Shown piece after piece: positions 9,801-20,579 of a DNA stretch of 64,000 bases. The stretch is from an uncultured Pseudanabaenaceae cyanobacterium (GTDB taxonomy: Bacteria > Cyanobacteriota > Cyanobacteriia > PCC-9006 > JAAUQQ01), in the NCBI GenBank assembly GCA_938017515.1, contig CALIJJ010000060.1, positions 18,633 through 82,632 of the forward strand. The letters run 5' to 3'. Made by a program: the position numbers and the translations under genes. Below the pieces are notes generated by a model, which searched no databases, was not told where the DNA came from, and saw only the letters and a program-made list of their open reading frames with translations. Position 1 is the first letter of the stretch; each line of letters opens with the position of its first letter.

Positions 9801-10300
9801 CTGGACGTCAGGTTTATAGACGTATGGTTGTGCTGGTCGGTTCGATCTACATCTGACCAAAGAGTAGACCTCTGCGATTCATGAACCTGGCGAATCAAAG
9901 CAGCGGGTAGATCCTGATCGTCTTCTAGAGAGCCTAGCGTCAGTGCCTGGGCAATATTTCCCCCTAATGAGGGTAATGTTGCGGCGATTTGTAATCCCTT
10001 GTGCCATCCGTGGTTGGGCAATGTTGTCGTATTTTGTGGGTTGCTTGAAGTCGCCGCATCCCACGCTGTTGTACTGGCTGTTGCACCTGATGCGGGAGAG
10101 GACTCTAGCAGTAGAGTTAGGCTGTCTGCGCCGGATAGCTCATATAGAGATTGGAGCAATGCGATGATGCTAGCCCGAATGCTCGTCCCGGACTCCAGTG
10201 CCTTTGCAGCTTGAAAGAGAGGACTGAAATCAAGGCTATCTGCGCCATGAAGGTCCCGGGGAGCCGGGGAGCCGGGGTCAATAACATCAATGTTGGGCAT
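6869..10300 (-). CDS. hybrid sensor histidine kinase (GAF-GAF-PAS-HisKA-HATPase-REC plus C-terminal extension)
   Basis: 1143 aa. H-box SEFLAHMSHELRTPLNAILGF, N-box LLNLVGNAIKFT, G-boxes DTGVGI and GTGLGLPISRQ. The receiver has ILVVDDHQDS ... DLIWMDLNMPKMDG. A PAS-like segment sits before the kinase core. Confidence 0.9.
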   Translation of the reverse strand: MPNIDVIDPGSPAPRDLHGADSLDFSPLFQAAKALESGTSIRASIIALLQSLYELSGADSLTLLLESSPASGATASTTAWDAATSSNPQNTTTLPNHGWHKGLQIAATLPSLGGNIAQALTLGSLEDDQDLPAALIRQVHESQRSTLWSDVDRTDQHNHTSINLTSSASDSASNRASNRASDGELDAYPDIAQYFPDKHPPKSLFCLPLMHQRQSYGVLYLEHRTLVNAFTIPQQAIIQLLCCQLASLLHDQTLQRQIAAGKSQQDVLQEKIRQIEADLSYHSLALHQQTTAFNQLSQAAGEVGNLDEKLQTIAEVCAKVLGGEEVSIWLLEGDSDPAFPNHSPKLTCAHRFNSVTQSHLRGNATEQKSELTSQRTSMLGTSCHLEGQMIGMIRCEHSNPDQKWSELERCFMTSVGNLLSLQLASERHQQTMAQLQQLQKAVMHLADPQSSQARDAVLPPLSANTGSNGTTPPLQTAQEIHQQLETENTLERIKADLEQLVAARTSELQESENRLRVVIDTLPQYIFWKRRDSVYLGCNQKFAELAGLDSPAQIYGKTDYDLAWRTEEADFFQECDRRVMESNQAELGIVEAQQQADGQKAWLETNKVPLHNPQGQVVGILSTFHDITERKQATESLEQLNIELQQAKEAAEGANQGKSEFLAHMSHELRTPLNAILGFSQLLQRQPNFSETQREQLNTISESGEHLLDLINDVLEFSKLEVGKAQLNASAFNLHALLDSLHSMLQLKAQNKGLSYTYEMQPELPEYIYTDERKLRQILLNLVGNAIKFTQTGSVTLKAHVLPSPHADERLGNTEIRHLQFQVIDTGVGIAPTELEQIFQAFEQARNGHKFSQGTGLGLPISRQFAQIMDGHLLVSSELGRGSTFTVTIQAGTVDATTMQQPQSVKNQRVLGMMPDQPQPKILVVDDHQDSRESLVLFLKAIGLTNIEEARDGKEALEKTCQQEPDLIWMDLNMPKMDGWEVMRQIRARDLWPIIITLSANAFQEDQTHANIVGCDDFLPKPYRENEVITKLIKHLDIQFIYDEQSQHNGQAQPSHEAQDGSRTSGHNTSQPKQQMGLSPANFTPLPQDWCHALQQAALGADQDRLLVLLEDLPSDQSSLRESLNRLINDFQYEILLRLLEER

Positions 10301-10711
10301 TGCTTTTAATGCTGGGATTTTTTGAAGATAAGGATGTGTTTGGCCGATATTTTTTCAGGAAAAATGTGAGACCTATAACTGGTCTTACACCTTTCAACCG
10401 AGCCCTCGCTTGATTCAGAACTCCGATCCTCTAAATGGATCTTCGTCTTAAAGGAAATAATTCACCAAGGATAGAGAAGGCTGACTCAGGATTGCTCCTT
10501 TCTTGGTGTGATCAGAGCATTCCCTAATGAATCATTACTCTCCCTGTATTGATTAAGATGTCTTTGATGGATAAAAATATCTCTGTACAAATGTCGATAA
10601 ATGGTAAGTAAAATCCTGTGTCTGTATGCAGAACTCGTATTTTTCCGGTCGCCATTCATTGCTCTGCTATTGGAATATATGTGAGTGATGAATGGGTTGC
10701 TGCAATACATT

Positions 10712-10734
10712 GAACGATCATTAGAACGATCATT
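10712..10734 (+). promoter_or_regulatory. direct repeat GAACGATCATT x2 (period 12) in AT-rich divergent control region
   Basis: GAACGATCATT occurs at 10712-10722 and 10724-10734, about 105-130 nt upstream of the 10840 start. The spacing is compatible with a tandem response-regulator site, but the function is only guessed. Confidence 0.25.
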
Positions 10735-10839
10735 CACATTCCTGATAGTTATATATTCTCTTGTCAGACTTATTTGAATGCCTTGCTTGAACGAGAAGAG
10801 AATGTTCCGAGCTTCCAACTTGAACTGTTTAAGGACTGA

Positions 10840-13194
10840 GTGACCATGGCACAGCTCCCGGAACTAGACCCCTTGTTTTCTGGCACTTTGCCAGCCGCGA
10901 CTGTTGAGGCTGCTCATGCGGGTCTTGAGCATTCTGGCAACGCTCAGACTAATGACCAGAAGAGAGATGTGCTGATTGTGGATGATGTTCCGCACAATTT
11001 GCGGTTTCTCTCAACCACGCTCAAGGAACAGGGATACCAGGTGCGGACGGTCCTCAGTGCAAAGATGGCATTCTCCGCCATTCGGATGTCTTTGCCTGAT
11101 TTGATCCTGCTCGATATCAATTTGCCCGATCTCGATGGTTATTCCGTCTGTCGTGAACTCAAGCTCTCCCCAGAGACAGCTGAGATACCGGTGATTTTTC
11201 TTAGCGCCCTTGGCGAAGCAAAAAATAAAGTAGCAGCCTTTCAAAATGGTGGCGTTGATTACATCACGAAGCCCTTTCAGCTTGAAGAAGTCATCGCACG
11301 GGTGGGCCTACAGTTTAGGCTGAAGGAACTCGCAGAAGATTTGCGTCAGAAAAATCTTCAACTCGTTCAGTTGGCTCAGCATCTAAAGCGACAGAATGAT
11401 GAATTGTCGCAAGCGAGAAAGGCTGCTGATTGTGCGAGTCAGGCCAAAAGTGAGTTTCTCTCATGCGTGAGTCATGAGTTGAGAACGCCCCTGACTGCGA
11501 TTCTGGGGTTTAACCAACTGCTCATGGGAGATCAAGACATTACGGTCCATCAGAGAGAGACGATGGGGATTATCGATCGCAGTGGTAAGCATCTCCTCAA
11601 TTTGATCAATGAAGTGCTGGACCTGTCAAAAATTGAAGCCAACCGTACGGGGCTCAATCTTGAGGTCTTTGACCTGAAAGATTCCCTGTCTGGACTCCGC
11701 CAGATGTTTCTTTTAGAGGCTGAGGCCAAGGGACTGGACTTGTCTCTCGATTATGGAATGAATGTGCCTCAGAGGGTCCGGGCCGACGAGCAAAAGATCC
11801 GCCAAATCATCATTAACCTATTGGGGAATGCTTTGAAGTTCACTGCGGCTGGATTTGTTCGTCTTTCATTGCAAGCCCAGGAACTTGGCGGTGATGCTGT
11901 TCGTTTGTGTCTTATTGTCGAAGATTCTGGCCCAGGCATTACTGAAGCAGATTCTGCGTTGCTGTTTGAACCTTTTCGTCAAACCCAGGTAGGGCAGCAA
12001 GCACAGCAAGGAACGGGTCTTGGTCTCTGCTTGAGTCGTCAGTTTGCCCAGCTCATGGGCGGCGATATTCATTTGGACAGCCAGGTGGGTCAAGGCAGTC
12101 GGTTCATTGTGGAACTGGATTGTGAGATTGCTCAGGCTGATGCGGTTTCCTGCGCTGCAGTGTCATCCCATGAAGGACCCGATGAGGTCGGGCAGACGAA
12201 TACGACATTCTCCGATCTGACGACGTTGTCCGATCCGACGACGGGGACCGATCCGACGACGTGGGCCGAAGCGATGAATGGAGAAAGTTCTGCCCAAGAC
12301 GCGAGGGTGTTGGAGGAAGCCTCAACGGAAGCATTATCTGTCAAGCAGTTGCGGCCTTCTGCTCAGGTCACTTCAGTGTGTCGCCAGCTCAAGGTGTTGG
12401 TGGTTGATGATCACCTTGAAAGCCGTATGCTGTTGGTCCAATTGCTAGAGTCGGCCGGATGTCAGGTGAAGGCGGCGGAGACGGGGGCTGAGGCGATCGC
12501 ATGTGATGCCGAGTGGCAACCCCAGCTCATTTGGATGGATCTGAGGCTGCCTGATATGGATGGTCAGACTGCGATTCAGCAGATCAAACAGCGTATCTCA
12601 GGTCATCAGCCAACCGACCACCCCACTCACATCGTTGCGACTACTGCCAGTGTTTATGACAAGGCGCAGCTATTGGCCGCAGAGCAAAGTTGTGATGGCT
12701 TGATTCGGAAGCCATTTGCTGTGAGTCAAATTTGGGACAAGATTGCTGAATTGTTTGTGCACGATGCATCTTTGGAGCGTTCTTCCCCAGCCTCTACTGC
12801 CCCAGCCTCTTCTGCCCCAGTCTCTAATGATGCAACGGAAGTCTTGCCTCGGCAGAGTACGCTCTCTTCCTGGTCTACTCATCAGCAGTCTTGTTTTATG
12901 GAGCAACTGGAACGGATGCCTCAGTCATGGCTGAAGCGTTTGTATTATTCCAGCCTAGCCTTGGATGAATCTGATTCGCAGGAGCTACTGCTGCTCATCC
13001 CTGAGGATTGCCCGCAACTGAAACAGCGATTGGATGACCTATTCAAAAATCTTCGCTACGACATGATTTTTGCGATTTTGGATCAGCTAGGTGTGGAACC
13101 CGAACCGCTACTTCAGGATTCATCCCTCGAATATTCATCTGTTGATGAGTCGTCGGTCCAGCATTCTCCGCTTGAGGGTTGTTCCGTCAGCTAA
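10840..13194 (+). CDS. hybrid histidine kinase / response regulator (REC-coiled coil-HisKA-HATPase-REC plus C-terminal domain)
   Basis: 784 aa. The N-terminal receiver has VLIVDDVPHN ... DLILLDINLPDLDG ... DYITKPF. H-box SEFLSCVSHELRTPLTAILGF, plus LLGNALKFT and GTGLGLCLSRQ. The second receiver has VLVVDDHLES ... LIWMDLRLPDMDG. GTG at 10840 or ATG at 10846 could be the start. Confidence 0.9.
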   Translation: MTMAQLPELDPLFSGTLPAATVEAAHAGLEHSGNAQTNDQKRDVLIVDDVPHNLRFLSTTLKEQGYQVRTVLSAKMAFSAIRMSLPDLILLDINLPDLDGYSVCRELKLSPETAEIPVIFLSALGEAKNKVAAFQNGGVDYITKPFQLEEVIARVGLQFRLKELAEDLRQKNLQLVQLAQHLKRQNDELSQARKAADCASQAKSEFLSCVSHELRTPLTAILGFNQLLMGDQDITVHQRETMGIIDRSGKHLLNLINEVLDLSKIEANRTGLNLEVFDLKDSLSGLRQMFLLEAEAKGLDLSLDYGMNVPQRVRADEQKIRQIIINLLGNALKFTAAGFVRLSLQAQELGGDAVRLCLIVEDSGPGITEADSALLFEPFRQTQVGQQAQQGTGLGLCLSRQFAQLMGGDIHLDSQVGQGSRFIVELDCEIAQADAVSCAAVSSHEGPDEVGQTNTTFSDLTTLSDPTTGTDPTTWAEAMNGESSAQDARVLEEASTEALSVKQLRPSAQVTSVCRQLKVLVVDDHLESRMLLVQLLESAGCQVKAAETGAEAIACDAEWQPQLIWMDLRLPDMDGQTAIQQIKQRISGHQPTDHPTHIVATTASVYDKAQLLAAEQSCDGLIRKPFAVSQIWDKIAELFVHDASLERSSPASTAPASSAPVSNDATEVLPRQSTLSSWSTHQQSCFMEQLERMPQSWLKRLYYSSLALDESDSQELLLLIPEDCPQLKQRLDDLFKNLRYDMIFAILDQLGVEPEPLLQDSSLEYSSVDESSVQHSPLEGCSVS

Positions 13195-13277
13195 TGTCTG
13201 CGGAGTGAATGTCTTTCTGGGCAAATATCTTGATGGGTAAAGGTCTTTCTGGCCGAACGTCTTTTGGGGAGAAAGTC

Positions 13278-13472
13278 TCACTCGTTGGTTAGTATGATCG
13301 CCTCGACCTGGAGTGTTTGTTGGTCACGATCGAGCTGCGTAATTGCCCAGCGAAGGCAGTGGCTTGGGCCAGCGCCTGGGGCTTGCTCGGCAATGGCTGT
13401 TTCCACTTGCTGCCGATTTTCTAAGGGAGTCGGCAGCAAGGGGAGTGTCAGTATGATGAACTGCGTTTGCAT
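13278..13472 (-). CDS. possible small hypothetical protein (64 aa) downstream of ferredoxin
   Basis: ORF MQTQFIILTLPLLPTPLENRQQVETAIAEQAPGAGPSHCLRWAITQLDRDQQTLQVEAIILTNE starts 38 nt after the ferredoxin stop on the same strand. Codon usage is plausible, but there is no clear RBS and no recognised family. Confidence 0.3.
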   Translation of the reverse strand: MQTQFIILTLPLLPTPLENRQQVETAIAEQAPGAGPSHCLRWAITQLDRDQQTLQVEAIILTNE

Positions 13473-13510
13473 GATCGGACTGGTCTGGCTCGAACCTATC
13501 TTGTTCCAAC

Positions 13511-13834
13511 TTAGTTTTGAAACTGACCAAACTGAAGTTCATACAGCTGATCTTCTTGGGCTGCTTCGATCTTCATGTCCGATCGCGCATAGGCAGCACA
13601 CAGCAGTGTAAAGCCTTGTTCCTTTAGCTCGGGACTGACGCCCATGGCATCGGGATGGTGAATCTCGCCAGAAATGACTTTACCGGCACAGGTGGTACAG
13701 ACCCCAGAGAGACAGGAGCTGGGTAGCTCAATACCGGCATCACCCGCTGCATTCAAGATCGTTTGATCTTCAGGCGCAGTAAAGGTTTGGGTCTCACCGT
13801 TGTGAATGATTTCGATGGTGTGGGTGTTGGACAT
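13511..13834 (-). CDS. plant-type [2Fe-2S] ferredoxin
   Basis: 107 aa with the canonical cluster motif SSCLSGVCTTCAGKV ... LLCAAY (C-X4-C-X2-C ... C) and ferredoxin-like flanks (TILNAAGDAGIELPSSC). Confidence 0.9.
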   Translation of the reverse strand: MSNTHTIEIIHNGETQTFTAPEDQTILNAAGDAGIELPSSCLSGVCTTCAGKVISGEIHHPDAMGVSPELKEQGFTLLCAAYARSDMKIEAAQEDQLYELQFGQFQN

Positions 13835-13902
13835 GGGTTTTGTTAAAGATTGAATTGTAATCTGATTCCCCTAGTGAGGCCTAAGGGTTGGCCCATACTC
13901 AA

Positions 13903-13937
13903 ACACAAAAGCCCGCTCTAAGAACGGGCTTTTGTGT
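13903..13937 (-). terminator. intrinsic terminator ending the atp operon
   Basis: ACACAAAAGCCCG (13903-13915) and CGGGCTTTTGTGT (13925-13937) form a perfect 13-bp stem with a 9-nt loop. It is U-rich on the minus strand and lies 40 nt after the atpC stop. Confidence 0.75.
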
Positions 13938-13976
13938 ACAAACTAATTGTAAGGCTAGAGTGCTGAACAACAATGC

Positions 13977-14927
13977 TTAGCCCAGGGCCTCTGCACCTGC
14001 AACCACCTCAAGGAGTTCTTGGGTAATGGCTGCTTGGCGAGCTTTGTTGTAGACCAGCGTCAAGTTGCCAACCAACTCACTCGCGTTTTCGCTAGCGTTG
14101 TTCATGGCTGTCATCCGAGCGGCTAGCTCACTGGCCGCAGACTCTTGGAGCGCGCGGAGTAGCTGGTTGTTCAGATAGAGCGGCAGCAACGCATTGAGGA
14201 TTTGCGCCGGATCTTGCTCAAAGATCATGTCTGGAGGCAGGGTGCTCGCCTCAGGAGAAGCAACCTCATCCCGTTCGACAGCCAAGTTGCCACCACGGGT
14301 GGTTAGGCGGAAGATCTCGTCGTCTTTTGCTTCCAGTCCTTGCTTGTCCAGAGGCAGCAATGTCTGGACCACGGGGCGGGATGCCACCAGCGAGACAAAC
14401 TTGGTGTAGACCAGCTCAACGCGATCGACTTCTTCCGATAGGAAAATCGAGAGCAACTCGTCTGCAATCATGGCGCCTTCGTCTGCCGTCGGCACTTGCT
14501 CTAGGCCGGTGAATTCAGCCTCGATGGGTTGCTCACGGCGCTTGAAGTATTGGATTGCCTTACGGCCGATGAGAACGTAGCGGAAGTTGACGCCTGCGGC
14601 GGTTAACTCCTTCGCACGATTCTCAGCACGGCGGATGACGTTGGTGTTGTAAGCACCGCAGAGACCGCGATCGCCCGAAACAACCACCAGCGCAACGGTT
14701 TTCACCTCGCGTTGGGTCATCAGCGGCAGATCCACATCCTCAAACTTGAGGCGTGTCTGCAAACCACTCAGCACCTGGGCCAGACGATCCGCAAAGGGCC
14801 GCGTTGCCAAGACCTGGGCCTGGGCGCGACGCACCTTAGCGGCTGCCACAAGGCGCATTGCTTCGGTAATTTTTCTGGTGTTTTTGACCGACTTAATTCG
14901 GTCACGAATAGCTTTTAGGTTAGGCAT
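13977..14927 (-). CDS. atpC: F0F1 ATP synthase gamma subunit
   Basis: 316 aa. [36 protein letters not shown] and the C-terminal [22 protein letters not shown] are hallmark gamma sequences. It is the last gene of the cyanobacterial atp1 operon (E. coli name atpG). Confidence 0.95.
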   Translation of the reverse strand: MPNLKAIRDRIKSVKNTRKITEAMRLVAAAKVRRAQAQVLATRPFADRLAQVLSGLQTRLKFEDVDLPLMTQREVKTVALVVVSGDRGLCGAYNTNVIRRAENRAKELTAAGVNFRYVLIGRKAIQYFKRREQPIEAEFTGLEQVPTADEGAMIADELLSIFLSEEVDRVELVYTKFVSLVASRPVVQTLLPLDKQGLEAKDDEIFRLTTRGGNLAVERDEVASPEASTLPPDMIFEQDPAQILNALLPLYLNNQLLRALQESAASELAARMTAMNNASENASELVGNLTLVYNKARQAAITQELLEVVAGAEALG

Positions 14928-15012
14928 AACTGCTCGACCGATTCAGTGTGCAAAGGGAAATGTCCGTAGGGGCGAACTGTGTTTATCTCAGTTCGCCCCC
15001 AGAAATTTTGGC

Positions 15013-16548
<1,536 letters not shown>

Positions 16549-16653
16549 TTACGGTGTTGGGCAAGGCTCATCACTTCAGTGCGAGGAAAAGCCCATAAAA
16601 CGAAACGTTTGAAAACTGCCGGTGTGCTCTAGATGGGCACAATCATGATCCGA

Positions 16654-17208
16654 CTAGGGACGGCTGAGATTCAGCGCGATCCGACGCAGTTGACCACGCA
16701 AACTGGCATCGACCACCTGAGAGCCTACTTGGATGATCACGCCGCCAATCAGGTCGGGGTCAATGCTGGTCTCAATCTCCACCGATTGAGAGTTGGTCAT
16801 CGACTTGACGCGATCGCAAACGGCCTGACGCTGCTCTTCCGTGAGCTCCACTGCAGAGGTCACCTCTGCCAGCGCGACCTGGTTAAGGTCACGGAGCAAC
16901 TCACGATAGCGCTGACAAATTCCAGGAAGGAAAGGGACGCGCTGGCGATCGACGAGCAGTAGGAGGAAATTGAGAAATAAACCGTGAACCTGATTCTCAA
17001 AAATCTGCTTCAAAACTGCCTTTTTCTGGTTCGCCTCATACACAGGGCTGCCCAGAAACGTAGACAATTCCTCAGACTCGGCCATCACAGCAAGAACGCC
17101 TTCGGCATTCTCACCAAACTGATCAACCAAATTCTGAGACTGAGCCAGAGACATGAGGGCCTCTGTATAGGGCTCGATGACCTTCGCCATCGCCGCACTT
17201 CCCTTCAT
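16654..17208 (-). CDS. atpD: F0F1 ATP synthase delta subunit (OSCP)
   Basis: 184 aa lying between b and alpha. The delta-like C-terminus is DPDLIGGVIIQVGSQVVDASLRGQLRRI (E. coli name atpH). Confidence 0.9.
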   Translation of the reverse strand: MKGSAAMAKVIEPYTEALMSLAQSQNLVDQFGENAEGVLAVMAESEELSTFLGSPVYEANQKKAVLKQIFENQVHGLFLNFLLLLVDRQRVPFLPGICQRYRELLRDLNQVALAEVTSAVELTEEQRQAVCDRVKSMTNSQSVEIETSIDPDLIGGVIIQVGSQVVDASLRGQLRRIALNLSRP

Positions 17209-17210
17209 CT

Positions 17211-17741
17211 CTATCCTCCTAATACCGCGATCGAGCGATCAACAAGCCGCTTCTGGGACGCTTCATCTAAGCGACCGGGAAGCTGTTCGCCAACCTTTTC
17301 TAGAGCCTTATTGACAACACGCTGGCGCAGTTCAGAAATGACCCGCTCCTGCTCTGCTGACAAATCTTGAGACGCAGCTGCTTTCATGCGCTCAACATCT
17401 TGCTGGGCTTGGGCCAAAATCGACTCACGCGAGCTTTTTGCACGTTCCTTGGCATCGGCCAGGATGTGCTCAGCTTCTGCCTTGGCATCTGCAACATTCT
17501 TCTTTTGCTCAGCCAGGTCAGCTTCCGCCTTCGCCAGTCTTGCTTCGACCTCTTTAATCTCTGATGCAATCCCTTCCTTACGTTCGGAGAGAGCATTGGT
17601 CAGAAACTTAGAGCCAGCGTAGTAAACCACACCAATTACAATCGCGAGATTGATGATGTTGGCTTCTAAAATATTGAAATTTAAAGCAATACCGCCCTCG
17701 CCATGGCTAGCTTCCGTCGCTAGCAAAATTAACGTTCCCAT
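17211..17741 (-). CDS. atpF: F0F1 ATP synthase subunit b
   Basis: 176 aa. One N-terminal TM segment is followed by a long charged coiled coil (KAEADLAEQKKNVADAKAEAEHILADAKERA). Operon position fits. Confidence 0.9.
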   Translation of the reverse strand: MGTLILLATEASHGEGGIALNFNILEANIINLAIVIGVVYYAGSKFLTNALSERKEGIASEIKEVEARLAKAEADLAEQKKNVADAKAEAEHILADAKERAKSSRESILAQAQQDVERMKAAASQDLSAEQERVISELRQRVVNKALEKVGEQLPGRLDEASQKRLVDRSIAVLGG

Positions 17742-17826
17742 GATGATGTTCCAAAAACCTGCGCACTGTTTAAGATCGCTTAGCTTGCTGGACCGCTAAC
17801 GATTAACCCGCTGCATGTTGCAACGG

Positions 17827-18252
17827 CTAGCTCGCTGCACTCAACAGCTTTTCGACAATCTGATTGCTGAGTTGATCTACCTGCTGATCCAAGGTTGCCA
17901 TGGCAGCCTGCTTCTGCTGGTCGATCTCCTTCTGGGCAGCTTCCCGCTGGCCTTGGGCTTCCTGCTGAGCTTCGGTCATTTGCGCCGATGCTAGCGTCTG
18001 TGCCTCAGCCTGGGCTTCTGCAACAATGCTCTGCGCTTGCTTTCGAGTTTCGGCGAGTTCCGCTTCATACTCTTCGGCCATCTTCTTAGATTGGTCTAGG
18101 CGCTCTTGGGAACCCACACGCTTCGAGCGAACGTATTCACTGCGATCGTCGAGAGTTTTTCCAAAGGGCGTATAAAAAACCTTATCTAGAATGAAAACCA
18201 GTAGAAGAAACTGAATCGCCATCAAAGGAAGCGTGGCATCAAAATCAAACAT
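17827..18252 (-). CDS. atpG: F0F1 ATP synthase subunit b-prime
   Basis: 141 aa. [37 protein letters not shown] is the typical b-prime N-terminus. Lies between c and b. Confidence 0.85.
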   Translation of the reverse strand: MFDFDATLPLMAIQFLLLVFILDKVFYTPFGKTLDDRSEYVRSKRVGSQERLDQSKKMAEEYEAELAETRKQAQSIVAEAQAEAQTLASAQMTEAQQEAQGQREAAQKEIDQQKQAAMATLDQQVDQLSNQIVEKLLSAAS

Positions 18253-18474
18253 TTAAAGCCTCCTCGACAACTGGCAAAAGACTGCAAACGTATGTGAACT
18301 GGTGAGGCTGGGCTAAGCGATTGGACTGATTTAACCGTCTCAAACGCTCAAACAAACTCAACAGTTTGCTTGCAGAACTCGGGCCAAACTTCTAAATTTA
18401 CGATCAACCCGGACTTGCAGTGTGCAGAACTACAGACCTGTAAGCTCGCACACTACAAACTAATCCAATGCAAT

Positions 18475-18777
<303 letters not shown>

Positions 18778-18885
18778 TCAAAATTCACGACAAGTTTGCT
18801 TCTGCCTAAGTTGGCCTCTTGATCAGGCCAGCTAGACAAAACCAGAGAGGTTGAGAGGCAACCTCAGAAACGAGGGATGAACCTC

Positions 18886-19635
18886 TTAGTGATCCTCATC
18901 CCCGTGACCCTCAAGTGCCTCATGGATGTATGCACCAGCAAGGGTGGCAAACACGAGGGCCTGAATGGCGCTGGTAAAAAGACCCAGCATCATGACAGGG
19001 ACGGGAATAAATAGAGGAACCAGCAAGACCAGAACGGCAACCACCAGTTCGTCGGCCAAGATATTTCCGAAAAGACGGAAACTCAGCGACAGGGGCTTAG
19101 TAAAGTCCTCAAGAATTGCAATGGGCAACAGAATGGGGGTTGGTTCGACGTACTTCGCAAAGTACCCTAAACCCCGCTTTCTAAAGCCTGCATAGAAGTA
19201 GGCCAAAGAAGTCAGAAGCGCCAATGCAACGGTTGTGTTTATGTCGCCCGTTGGAGCAGCGAGCTCGCCCTCAGGAAGCTGAATGAGCTTCCAAGGAATG
19301 AGTGCGCCGGACCAGTTTGAAACGAAAATAAACAAAAACAAGGTACCAATAAATGGAACCCAAGGACGATACTCTTTCTCACCCAACTGGTTCTTTGCCA
19401 GGTCCCGAATAAACTCCAGAACATACTCCATGAAGTTCTGAAGGCCAGCGGGGACCATCTGGCGATTGCGCCCTGCAAGCAGGGATGCAATCAGCAAAAG
19501 GCCAATCACAAACCAAGAGGTCAAAAACACCTGACCGTGAACGGTCAGGCCTCCCAAGTTCCAGTAGAAGTGGTGGCCCACTTCTAATTCGGCCAAGGGA
19601 AGGATGTTAGAAAAAGTCAAAAAATTTGGCATCAT
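18886..19635 (-). CDS. atpI: F0F1 ATP synthase subunit a
   Basis: The track ORF extends to 19686, but a start at the Met-Met pair (19635) gives a 249 aa subunit-a-sized product. It has the conserved [16 protein letters not shown] motif (E. coli name atpB). Confidence 0.9.
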   Translation of the reverse strand: MMPNFLTFSNILPLAELEVGHHFYWNLGGLTVHGQVFLTSWFVIGLLLIASLLAGRNRQMVPAGLQNFMEYVLEFIRDLAKNQLGEKEYRPWVPFIGTLFLFIFVSNWSGALIPWKLIQLPEGELAAPTGDINTTVALALLTSLAYFYAGFRKRGLGYFAKYVEPTPILLPIAILEDFTKPLSLSFRLFGNILADELVVAVLVLLVPLFIPVPVMMLGLFTSAIQALVFATLAGAYIHEALEGHGDEDH

Positions 19636-19707
19636 CAGAGTCGCATTTGCGCCGCGGCAATGAAGACATGAAAAAACGCAAATCAAAACACTTGATCTGC
19701 GCGCAAT

Positions 19708-20145
19708 CTAACGGGGAAGCGTGATTCGGAGCGTGTAAAAGATGATCGCTGCTTTGAAAGTCAAGAAACCGAGGAAAGCGGGCACAATCTGGGTTTGATT
19801 CCAGCGTGCTGCGACCAAGATCAAGACTACAAATAGCGCTAAACGATTTTTGCCTAATTTTTTTTCAGGCCCAAGTCGTTCAACGTCTCTCGCAAGCATC
19901 CTTAAATAGACCATCCCAACTGAGGCCCCCAGTGCGTAACTAAGAGCTACGTTCAGGGTATAAACCCACCAGACTGAGAAGAAAACCACCCCGGAAATTA
20001 CAAGCGTACTCAGCAAGAGTTCCTGCCGAAGCGCATAAAACTCATCCATCGAATTATTCGTAGACGAATCACTCTCTGGATGATCCTCCTTGGGAGTATC
20101 CGCCTCTGCCAAGGTCTTTGGCAAAGTGTTCTCTTGGGACGTCAC
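19708..20145 (-). CDS. atp1: ATP synthase protein I-like small membrane protein (atp1)
   Basis: 145 aa hydrophobic protein and first gene of the operon. The GTG start at 20145 is preceded by GGAG 7 nt upstream. Confidence 0.7.
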   Translation of the reverse strand: MTSQENTLPKTLAEADTPKEDHPESDSSTNNSMDEFYALRQELLLSTLVISGVVFFSVWWVYTLNVALSYALGASVGMVYLRMLARDVERLGPEKKLGKNRLALFVVLILVAARWNQTQIVPAFLGFLTFKAAIIFYTLRITLPR

Positions 20146-20579
20146 AACTGCTCCAAATTCCTAGTGAATCACTAGGTAGATATGCATATTCAAGCCACGG
20201 GCAATCATATCACGCAGGGGTAACAATCCTTTATAAAAACGTTGACAGCGGAAGTGCCCGCTCAGTCTTGGTTTGAAGGGGGTTGACGTTTGTTGGGATC
20301 GATGCAGATTAGAGGCCCTTGTCCGGATGAATAATCTTCCTTCTCCTAGGACCGCTTTGTGCCAATGACCCCTGCTCTCTTTGAGTTCTAATGGGGTCTT
20401 GGATCGCAAGCAGAGCGCTCTCGTCTGAAAAATAGATGGCTCAGGTTTATTTTTTGTCATAGGTGCCCGGATCAGGCCATTTTGGCCCAAATTTCGCGGG
20501 GACTATATGCTTTCCCCTCCCGTGGAGACAGGGCGGTCTGGTGTCTGGTGCAATGTCAGGAATGCTGGATTGGAACGGA

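Noticed and set aside
10486-10818. 110-aa ORF in the AT-rich spacer between the two histidine kinases
   Set aside because: Its composition (Asn/Ile/Arg/Tyr/Ser-rich) reflects AT-rich non-coding DNA. It has no RBS and no recognisable motif.
13264-13611. 115-aa plus-strand ORF overlapping the ferredoxin gene
   Set aside because: It overlaps the 3-prime part of a motif-supported ferredoxin CDS on the opposite strand. It is Cys/Ser/Trp-rich and implausible as a protein.
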